Shown piece after piece: positions 23,086 through 33,522 of a DNA stretch of 33,522 nucleotides. The notes below the pieces were generated by a model. It was given only the letters and a program-made list of their open reading frames with translations. It was not told the origin of the DNA and made no database searches. The translations under genes were made by a program, and so were the position numbers. Position 1 is the first letter of the stretch, and each line of letters opens with the position of its first letter. This stretch comes from Geosiphon pyriformis uo1 (Eukaryota; Fungi; Glomeromycota), in NCBI GenBank assembly GCA_016748015.1, contig JAAOMT010000036.1, positions 114,950 to 148,471 on the forward strand, given 5' to 3'.

Positions 23086-25250
23086 TATGGCCCAACCACT
23101 ACCTAGTACTTTGGAATAAATTAAGTATTCTAAATTAAGCAAAGTTCATGTACTTTCTACATGTAATCAGTTTATTTTTATTAAAATTTGTTTCAAGTAA
23201 AATAATCTTATGCTTTGTATATATTTTATAAAATTAACCAAAACTTTTTTTCTTTTTTGTAACATTTTTAATAATTAAACCAATCACAAAAATAGAAAAT
23301 TAAATATTAATACTTTTTAAAATAAAGAAATTATTATCACAAAAAACCCCAAATTTACATATTACAAATATACAATCTAATAAAATTTTTTAAAAAATAT
23401 TCTTGTTAATTTTAATAAAAGCAATAAATTAATTATTAATAAAAATATTATTCTAGTTATAAGACTTAAAAATTATGGCAGTTTAAATCTATTATTATAA
23501 TATTAATACTATTTTAGCTATTAAACATATATTTAAAAGTTTCAAAAACAATTTTATAATAGCAATATTATAATGTTTTTAAAGTTTATTAAAAATATTT
23601 AATAATCTTACAGTTTTACTATTAAGCAAATTTTTAATAATTATATTTAATTTTTTTTAGTTCAGTTTTTTATAATCTGTTAATATTTGACTTTACTTAA
23701 TTAAAATTTAGAATAATTTTATTATTAATAACCAAATAATTTAGAACAATTTATTTAAATAGATATTCTAAAATATTTTTAATAATAAAACTTTCTATGT
23801 ATTTTTTAATAGCTATCTAAATTTTTAAGAATTCAATTATATAAGACTTATAATATTTAGATTTTTTATAATTTTTTTAATATTAATAATACTATACATA
23901 TTTTTTTTATGTTTAAATTAGAATTTAATATGTCTTATATAAGTGTAGTTTTAATTTTATTAATTTAAACTTATTATTAAGACTATTTTTAGTTTTTTTA
24001 ATAATTTTAAACACTAATATTTTCAATCTATAAAACTTAAATGATTATTTGTTTTGTTTTTACTTATAAAACTTATTTATAATTGATTAAAAATCTTGTT
24101 TATTATTAAACAAAAAATGTCTTTAATAATATTTTATATTTTATTTAAATTATTATTTAGATTTAAACATTTAAAAAAATTTAATTTGTTCAAAGCCAAA
24201 GCTAAGAATAGAATTTTAAAATAATTTTATTTTACAAAATTTGTATTTTTGATCTTATATTTTTAACAATTTTTATTGGCAAATCTGTATATAATAATAA
24301 AAAATATATTTAATAATTTATCTAAATTAATTAAAACAAAAATAGTTTTATAATTCATATTAATAAATTTTAAAACTTTATAAATATTTTAATTAATTAT
24401 TGCAGTAGTTAATAACTTATTAATAAATAATTTTTAGGTATTTTTAGAGTTATATTTTATTAAAATTTTTGTTATAAAATAGTTAATCATAGAATTAAAT
24501 AAATTAATTCAATATACTTTTTAAAATTTGTATTATAATAAGTACTATTTTTATTAATAATACTTTTTAATATTACAAAGTATTATTATTAACTATTTAT
24601 ATAATTAAAAATTTAATTTTTTTAAAAATTTTAACATATAATCTAAAAATTAAGATTGGCAAATTGTTTTTAAAAAATAAATGAATTAATATAAAACAAT
24701 TTAAAATTTTTAATATTCTAAACACATATTTGGCCAAAACACTATTTATTACAATTGTAATATTAAAATCCAATTTTAATAATACATAAATTTTTTAAAT
24801 TTGTTTTTTATTTAAGATTTAACTCTAATTTTTAATTTAGTCTTTATTATAATTAATATTATGCTGTTTATTTTTTTATACTAATAAATAATATTATTCT
24901 ACTTGGTAAAAATGTTTATATTCTAAATATTACATATTGTAAATTTTCAAATAAAACCAGTTATTAATAAATAAATAAAATAAAAAACTAAAACTAATAA
25001 ATAATTAATTTAATTTTATTAATATTAAATTAATAAAAGCTTTAAAAACAGATATCTTAAACTCTAAATTACCAATTTTAACAATAAAAACTTTTGAACT
25101 GTTATAACTTATATGTAAAAAATGCTAGTAGTACTAATAAAATATAAATATAATATATTCTTATTATTTATAATTATGTTTAAAATCAAATCTAATTTTA
25201 AAGCTGTTAATATAACTAAAGACAAATAAAAATTAGAATAAACTGGTAAA
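23086..25250 (+). mobile_element. Hypermutated LTR-retrotransposon-like relic, copy C (3' limit uncertain)
   Basis: Starts TATGGCCCAACCACTACCTAGTAC. 23131-23170 matches 11962-12001 at 33/40 positions. It abuts the LINE RT directly. Confidence 0.5.
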
Positions 25251-26091
25251 AAAAAGTCCAATCAAAAAAAATTCCGAAAATTTAATTAGCCAGAAGCTTT
25301 AAAAATTATTTTAAAATACTTAAACAAATATTTAGAAAAAACTTGCTCTCTATTTATTATGCTAAACACTCTCAAGCTACATACAATATCATATTTAACT
25401 CGTTTCAATAAGCTTTTACTTTTATGTAATTCGAAAATTCTTGGAAACTCTTGCTTTTGTAAAATATTTTAAGGCATAAACAGAATAAATTGCTCTTCCC
25501 TTCATATTAATTAATAAATTTTTATTCCTTATTAGTAATCAAAATTAAAATATTGATGTCACCAGATTACTCTTATCAAATTTCACATTAAAATAAGACA
25601 TTTTTTAATTTTGAAAATTTTTAAGATGCAAAAAGCTAGATTCCTCCAAATTTTATTTTCAATAACTGTAAAAAAATACATATTTATATCATTAAATAAT
25701 ATATATTATAAATACACCCAAAAACTTTTGTCAAAAAGTGACTCAAAAAGAAAAAAACCATAAAATAGTACAACAGTTAAAATTTGGATAATAAAGAGTT
25801 CTACAACTTTCTAATAATGATGCATGTTTGTCACGAAGTAAAAGGAAATGGTATGACAATATGATCATTTATGTTTTAATTAATAAAAAAATGGAATATT
25901 ATTTTTCCCAACAAAATCAATTATACCATCCTAGCTATGGCTATTTACTATTAAAATCTCCTAAATTTTTAACTTTTAAAGATATAATAAAACAAAAGTC
26001 CTTAATTTATTAGCTTAATAAATCTATAATATTATATTTTTAAATGTTAAACAAAATTTTGTAATTCATTTAGCTACAAAAATTCTCTCCT

Positions 26092-26305
26092 NNNNNNNNN
26101 NNNNNNNNNNNNNNNNNNNNNNNNNNNNNNNNNNNNNNNNNNNNNNNNNNNNNNNNNNNNNNNNNNNNNNNNNNNNNNNNNNNNNNNNNNNNNNNNNNNN
26201 NNNNNNNNNNNNNNNNNNNNNNNNNNNNNNNNNNNNNNNNNNNNNNNNNNNNNNNNNNNNNNNNNNNNNNNNNNNNNNNNNNNNNNNNNNNNNNNNNNNN
26301 NNNNN
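26092..26305. other. Assembly gap (214 N)
   Basis: Run of N. Confidence 1.
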
Positions 26306-27530
26306 ATTCAAGATAACCTTGAACCAATTACATGTAATAGAAGTAAAATCATCAACTAGCCAAACTTAAAGAAAAATCTAGTCCAAAATTTCAGGATTTT
26401 AGAGACTATTTTTAAAATGACTTTGACTTTAAATGGTTTATTTAATTAACTGTCAAAATAAAATATTTACTAGTATAAGAAATAATTACTGATTTTTTTA
26501 TAAATTGTTAAATATTTAATCGAAGAAAATGAATTTTCTCTAATTGCAATTGCTATTATTGTATTAACATTGATACCTCTATACTTATAGGAAAAACCCG
26601 GAGATATTTATCTTTTTCGCAGCTATTTTATCATAATTAGTTTATAAAAACACTTATCATTCCTATAATGAATCACAAATAATTAATTTTGTTCCGTGTT
26701 AAATTGCAACTTTTAATGTGCTAAATATGCTTAAAGACACTAATTAAAGATAAATGAAAACGCTATTTTCTCAGTTAGATATGAAAAAATATTCTTTTAT
26801 AATAAATTAATGAAAGAATAAAAGTGTATATTATATTATATTGAGAAATGAATATAATAAATACTCTAATTATTATGGCTAATGTTGTATGAAATATTTA
26901 AATAGGTATTATTTATTTATTTTAAATTATGAACATATAGACAATTTTTATTAATTTTTTTGTTTTCCATGATTTGAATAAAAGACAAAAGATAAGAGAT
27001 AAAATATGAATCAATTATTATGAAGAGAGTTTTTTAAAGCTTTATTTGATAGTATGTTAAGAAATTTTTTTTCCACCCAGTTTGTATTTGCATCAGCACT
27101 GGTACAGTTAATACACCAGAATAAGCAGAACTTAATTTTTTAACAGATAAATTCCAGAAATACACATGTAAAAATAAAGTATTATTTACTTTATGCCAGA
27201 CAATTCATTTAAATAAGTGGTTACAAATTTCTACTGTAAAAGAAAGTTTTTATGCATAATTTATGTGTAAACAGAAAGAAACTGCTATTCTCATTAAGCA
27301 AAGAGTCTAGAAACCAGCATATTCTTTTCTTTAAACATTTTATCACTTTTGTCAAAGAAATTCTCAATAATATAATAATACTGTATATATTACTTACTAA
27401 TTAGGAATATGGAAAAGTTTTATTTACTTCAATTTTATTTTTATCAATAATATTGTAGTGCTCTAAAGCTAAATATACATAGATTAAGAAATAAATATTA
27501 AGTCACCAAATACATTACTTATAACTCAAA

Positions 27531-28960
27531 TTAAGCAATCCATGGGTGTTTGAGTACTGCATCTGCTTTCAGAATCTTTTTTTTTAATTTGCTTATAAAG
27601 TCCTGTCTATCATTAGAGAACACTATATTAAGCCCTTCTAATAACTTGCCTAATTGATAAATGTCTGAAAGAGTTGTGTATGTATTATTTTCATCAAACA
27701 TGCCATCATCTCAGTCTGTCAATAAGATGTCAAATTCTTTGTTTGCTTTACTTCTATGCTCGAATCAATAAGAATGTTTTCATATTCTTTGGGATTATTT
27801 AAATCATAAACAATATTCAATAAACAAATATCATGATGAACATAATTACATTAATGAAGTCTTTTCAGCCCAGTGAGCAAATTGCATATCATTATTTATG
27901 TTGTCTGCTTATCTTTCAGTGAGCGTTCAAGACCACATGTCTTTAGTTTGATTATATATTCTTCTGGCCAATCTGCTTCAAAGATCAGTCTTTCCAAGAC
28001 CTAAACAAGTTCATAATGACCTTTGGCAAGCTCGTAAATGTGTTTTAATATATCAAAATAGTCATAAAAGCCATAGAGTCTACTGTCCAAAACAACTTTC
28101 TTGACATACTCTTCAAAAAAAGTAATTGTAGAATTTCTGAGTTTAAGTGGCTTACTAAAAAAGATTACATTAGCAGAGAAGGCATTCTTTGTGATCATGG
28201 TTTTAAAGATACAAACAATATTGATGCTTATCTTAACAGCTGTGTATCAAGCATTGAGATCATCCAGGTAAAGTTCTGTGAACAGTGGAACCAACTAGTA
28301 CATCTTTAACATATTCAAGAAGATTAGGTCTATTTTGTATTGTCATTGGAGTGCTTTTTGAGTCTCTTAGAAAACAAAGTGTAAAATTATTGTTAGAAAT
28401 GGAAACAAAAACTAATAAACACTAAGAACAGCACACAAAATAAAAACATACTTCTCAGTTATATTAAGAGAAAATTCGATTCAAAAATCAGAGTTACTGC
28501 AAAGTAATTCTAGAAGATGTGTTGTCAATATATCTATGGATCCAACCAGTTCTATTTTGGATTCAATTTTGGTAAACCTCATCTCTAAGAGAGCAGTATT
28601 TGTCAAAATAAGATAATATTGTCAGTTATAAATAGATTAAGGACAGCTAATATAAAAATTAAAGTCATACTTTTCCTAAGTCTGAGTATAAACACATAGA
28701 AAGCTTTATAAGAAGAGACATTAATAAGGTCAAAAAACTATTTATTAATCGAAAATTGCAATAATACTGTATCTTTAACCATGTAAGGTAACTGTTACAG
28801 AAAGCTCTTATTGAATTAGGCATAATCACAAGTTGATTTAGTTGAATCTTGAGAGTATAATATTAACTTAATAAGTAATAAGTAATATAATATGAAAAAA
28901 TACAAATTGAAAAATTAAATCTGGATTTAGTTGGACCATATAATACCAACTATTATCAGT
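27531..28960 (-). pseudogene. Crinkler (CRN)-like pseudogene with a C-terminal kinase-like domain; probably extends 5' through the tandem array to about 30870
   Basis: NRPNLLEYVKDVLV, LVPLFTEL..VKISINIVCIFKTM, LLTGLKRLH*CNYVHHDICLLNIV (HRDIR-like, 27838-27824), YTTLSDIYQLGKLL and VLKHPWIA* (TAA 27533-27531). Multiple stops. Intron donor GTATGT at 28451. Confidence 0.7.
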
Positions 28961-28962
28961 CT

Positions 28963-30500
28963 CCACCAATCTGCTGTCTGAGAACCACACAAAACTTGGT
29001 GGCTTATCTTTACAAGTAGAAAGTTCATCATCTGAGAATAAGTGAAATCTTTCCACTTGCACTTCTGCTAACTGATCACCTGAGAGTAAACCAGTAAACA
29101 GGATTGTGTTGAAAAGATCACTGTCTGAGAACAAGAATGACATCTCTTTTTCACACTTCCAGACATTATCTACTGTCTGAGAACTGCATGAACAATGTAA
29201 GTAAAACAAGAATAGAAAAAAATTTGCCACCAGTTTGCTGTCTGAGGACCACACAAAACTTGGCGGCTTATCTTTACAAGTAGAAAGTTCACCACCTAAG
29301 AGTAAGTGAGGTCTTTCCACTTGCATTTCTGCCAACTGATCACCTAAGGGTAAACCAGTAAACAGGATTGTGTTAAAAAGATCACTGTTTGAAGACAAGA
29401 ATGAGATCTCTTTTTCACACTTCCAGGCATTATTTACTGTCTGAAGACTGCATAGACAATGTGGGTAGAAAAAAAATCACTGTCTGAGGACTACACAAAA
29501 CTTGGCAGCTTACTTTTACAAGTAGAAAGTTCACTACCTAAAAGTAAGTGAGATCTTTCCACTTGTACTTCTGCCAACTAATCACTTAAAGGTAAACCAG
29601 TAAACAGGATTGTGTTGAAAAAGTCACTGTCTGAGGACAAAAATGACATCTCTTCTTTACACTTCCAGGCATTATCCATTGTCTAAGAACCACATGAACA
29701 ATGTGAGTAAAACAAGAATAAAAAAAAATTTGCTACTAGTTTGCTGTCTGAGGACTACACAAAACTTGGTGGCTTATCTTTACAAGTAGAAAGTTCACCA
29801 CCTAAGAGTAAGTGAGGTCTTTCCACTTGCATTTCTGCCAACTGATCACCTAAGGGTAAACCAGTAAACAGGATTGTGTTAAAAAGATCACTGTTTGAAG
29901 ACAAGAATGAGATCTCTTTTTCACACTTCCAGGCATTATTTACTGTCTGAAGACTGCATAGACAATGTGGGTAGAAAAAAAATCACTGTCTGAGGACTAC
30001 ACAAAACTTGGCAGCTTACTTTTACAAGTAGAAAGTTCACTACCTAAAAGTAAGTGAGATCTTTCCACTTGTACTTCTGCCAACTAATCACTTAAAGGTA
30101 AACCAGTAAACAGGATTGTGTTGAAAAAGTCACTGTCTGAGGACAAAAATGACATCTCTTCTTTACACTTCCAGGCATTATCCATTGTCTAAGAACCACA
30201 TGAACAATGTGAGTAAAACAAGAATAAAAAAAAATTTGCTACTAGTTTGCTGTCTGAGGACTACACAAAACTTGGTGGCTTATCTTTACAAGTAGAAAGT
30301 TCACCACCTGAGAGTAAGTGAGGTCTTTCCACTTGCACTTCTGCTGACTAATCACTTGAGGGTAAACCAGTAAACAGAATTGTGTTGAAAAGGTTACTAT
30401 CTGAGGACAAGCATGACATCTCTTCTTTACACTTCTAGGCATTATTTACTGTCTGAGGACCACATGGACAATATGAGTAAAAAAAGAATAGAGAAAAAAA
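28963..30500 (-). repeat. Tandem array of about 6 units with alternating 264/242-bp periods (506-bp higher-order repeat)
   Basis: Marker GTAGAAAGTTCA at 29016, 29280, 29522, 29786, 30028 and 30292. Each unit has three CTGTCTGAGGAC-like subrepeats. Confidence 0.95.
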
Positions 30501-30963
30501 TAGCAGGCCAAATATTTCTAATCATTAAGATGGCTTATTGAAAAAAAAAAAAATAGAATAATTTTAGCAGGAATAAAAACTCAATATTTAAAAATATTAG
30601 ATATCAGATTAATATTATATATAAAGGGCACTTTCACAGCAAGTTTTTCTTCAATTTTTGATGACAACTCTTCAATCATCTTCCTAAATACACATACTAT
30701 AAAGATGTTTTGAATAAATTTACTATATAAAAAAAGAAAAGTTAAGAATCTCTTATTGTAAAGTAATACGTAGCAAATAGAAAAATAGGACTTATAGCTA
30801 AAGTTTTTCCTTCTCATATAGTCGCTTATTGAAAGTGGCCTTCAATGGTATTAAATCTATGAAAGTTTGAAGTCAGATAAGTAACAAGAGCTAAAAGATC
30901 ATTGTGAATTAGAAAAAATAAAATAAAATAATTTTCCAAACTGCCATCCCAAAACAAAAACAC

Positions 30964-31057
30964 ACATATAAATTTTTTTTTGTAAGACTGCTAATTACTG
31001 TTATATAATGTCATAATGGCAATTTGATTAGTAGTCTTACAAAAAAAATTTATATGT
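30964..31057. repeat. About 94-bp imperfect palindrome/hairpin (mini-MITE-like)
   Basis: ACATATAAA(T)9GTAAGACTGCTAAT versus ATTAGTAGTCTTAC(A)8TTTATATGT. The inner spacer also pairs weakly. Confidence 0.75.
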
Positions 31058-31804
31058 TATTCAAACAAGTGTCTTATTTTTTTATTGTACTAGCAACTTT
31101 TCATTCCACATTTTTTATACCATTAGAATACTGTATATTCTGGAGAAATTAAGCAAGCAATGGACATATCAAGTAGTAAGAGAGAGTCAAATGGGATACC
31201 AAGATATTTCTATTTTATCCAAGCCAAAATATTTTTTACAAAGAATAATTTATAAGGTGTGAAGCCTCTTATTCATCTATTACTGACGTTGAAAAATATT
31301 ACAATCATAATCAAAAGCTTGCTCTAATGCAGACATTAGAATAAGCTAACATATATCCATCTCGAAATGCCAATCTAAGTCTTATAGTTTCTTTATTAAT
31401 ATACTATTAATCTTTGATCCTTTATATTTTTTAACTATTTTCATATCTTATTTATATTAATTCCATCTCGAAATAAATTTTACATATCCAATTTAGATTT
31501 ACATACTGAAAGGCAGAGCCTCAAAGCTATTTCTAGAAAAATAATGCTCAGCTTTTCACTTTGCTTGACTCTTTTTTTCATTCCAAATATATTTTAGGAT
31601 CATATAATAGACAACTGTGATTACCAACAAGGTAAAAAATAGTGGTAACATAAAAATACTTACTATAATAGGAACTGCTTTTTTACTTACTACTCAAATC
31701 TGTGAATATGATTACTTGATTAAAAAGGGAGTATGAGTTCTCTGTTGTACAAGATATAAGATTTCATTATTGAGTGGTAATAGATTAGACTTTATCTATA
31801 TATC

Positions 31805-32335
31805 CTAAGATATTACATCAGAAAAAACATTACTTTGGATCCAGTATAAAAAAATTTTGTGAAAAAATTCATGAAGATTTTTTCTAGATTTGCTAATTGT
31901 TGAAATAGCATGAATTGGAAACTCTAATCCTTGTTCTTTAGAATTCATTATATTTTTTATTATAGACACAATAGAGTGAGTCAAAGACTCAAAGCTCTGC
32001 TCTTTCTGTTTCCTCTGCTTCTCATTACTTCTTCCAATTACAAATTCCGATTTTAATAGCTCTAACTCATTAATTTTTGATGTCAATTCATCTTTTATAT
32101 ATTTTAATTCAGTTATTTTCTTCAATAAGACCTTTTGGGCTGAAGATACATCATTCTGGACTGAAGCTAATTTATCTTTCAATGAATTTATCTTAATCTA
32201 GAGCGACTTAATCACCCATTAGATTCTGGTACCATTTTTTTCTCTCCAGATTCCACCTTTTCATTTCCCGATTAAAATCTTTTTCTTGCTCCCCATACTT
32301 ATTCCACAAGTTACTATTATAGTCAAGTATCTCTA
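31805..32335 (-). pseudogene. Disrupted coiled-coil protein of unknown family
   Basis: Heptad-like ORF 31805-32182 (LASVQNDVSSAQKVLLKKITELKYIKDELTSKINELELLK). Upstream protein-like sequence is interrupted by stops and a frameshift. Confidence 0.4.
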
Positions 32336-33522
32336 AAGAATCTTAGAGGATGTTATATAATTTTTTTTTAAGATCTTTCACATTATTCATAATAAATAAT
32401 AATAATAAATATTATGAGAAATAACAGTGACATACTTATTGATATATTTAAAAAATATAAGATAAATAACAAAATTATTAATATTAGATATTATATATAA
32501 TTACTTATAAATACCCAATTACAAAAAAAAATAAAATGCATAACAGCTGAATATTATTGTGCAGGTACATCTTATTTATCTTCAAAAACATTTGAGAAAA
32601 TTATATAATCCTGAAAAAAAGTTAAAAATGTAGCTATAACAATGACCAATAGATATTACACTTCAACTCATTGAATATATAAAATCTAAAACATGCATGC
32701 CCAAGAATTGCCCTTGCACAAATAACAAATAATGCCTATGTCCAAAAATAATGTTTTGAATCAACTATCAAAGAAGAAATTTGAAAACAAAATCTATTTA
32801 AATATCTGACTCACTTAATATATTAATGAAGTCAGTTCAACTAATTATTCAATAAAAGAGACAAGTAGAGATGATAACTTGCATGCTAAACTCAAACAGT
32901 TTTGTAAAGAAAAAAGAAGCTAAATATAAGATGGAGAGAATCTTAGAGAAGATACTACATTTAAGTTCTAGTTAATTTATTTTTGTTTTTTCAGATATAT
33001 GGATCCATATCTATAGGTTTTTATTAAACTTAATTTTTTATTTACAATTTTGTATTTTAATATGCTAATTTATTAATATTAATACTTTATAAAATAATTA
33101 ATAGTATTTTTATCAATAAAATATATAGAATTGTTAAAACTGCTTAATAATATTTTATAAAACACCTTTTTTAAATAAATAATAATAAACCAGTTTTTTG
33201 TTAATTTAAAACTATTTTTATTTTTAATTAAAAGTTTTTTCAAAAAAACCTACTTAAAACAATTTTAATATAATTTTTGTTTTATTTAAAAATTTGAAAA
33301 CCAAATTATTATTTTTATTATTATTCAAATAACTAAAATATAATATAAATAGTGCTTTTTTATTTGAACAAATTAAAACACAATTTGAAAATTTTTCTAA
33401 CCAGATTTTTTTGATATTAAAAGTTAAATTCTATTTTTTTTCTTATTAATTCTTTTCTTAAAACTATATTTATTAAAATATTAGTTGTAAATATTAATAT
33501 AAATTTGAATGTTTTTTTAAGA

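Noticed and set aside
28970-30480. Plus-strand protein-like frame (..KRSLSED..) in the array
   Set aside because: Several stops are conserved at the same positions in all units; the minus frame is more open.
28963-30500. CRISPR-like appearance (recurring CTGTCTGAGGAC with intervening segments)
   Set aside because: The intervening segments repeat in every unit, there are no cas genes, and the context is eukaryotic. It is a tandem array.

Overview
AT-rich eukaryotic genomic DNA with short GT-AG introns and two N gaps. The gene families (BTB-BACK-TLDc, TKL-type kinase, Crinkler-like, F-box/Kelch) and repeat landscape point to a Glomeromycota (arbuscular-mycorrhizal-type) fungus; this taxon call is an inference. 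Two genes look intact: an F-box/Kelch protein (+, 1174-2796) and a BTB-BACK-TLDc protein (-, 19410-17879). The rest is pseudogenes and mobile elements: a kinase pseudogene, a second BTB/TLDc remnant, a Crinkler-like kinase pseudogene apparently joined to an 88-codon tandem array, two near-complete Tc1 transposons (each with a Trp-to-stop change), a third Tc1 remnant, a TIR-bounded non-autonomous element carrying an ORF fragment, and small MITE/hairpin elements. The most striking signal is in the extremely AT-rich stretches. They are retroelements (a LINE with readable RT and RNase H motifs, and three copies of an LTR-like terminus) rewritten almost entirely by C-to-T and G-to-A transitions in many sequence contexts, with frames largely preserved and sharp boundaries against neighbouring genes. 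This looks like a RIP-like, repeat-targeted hypermutation system in a lineage where classical RIP is not established.
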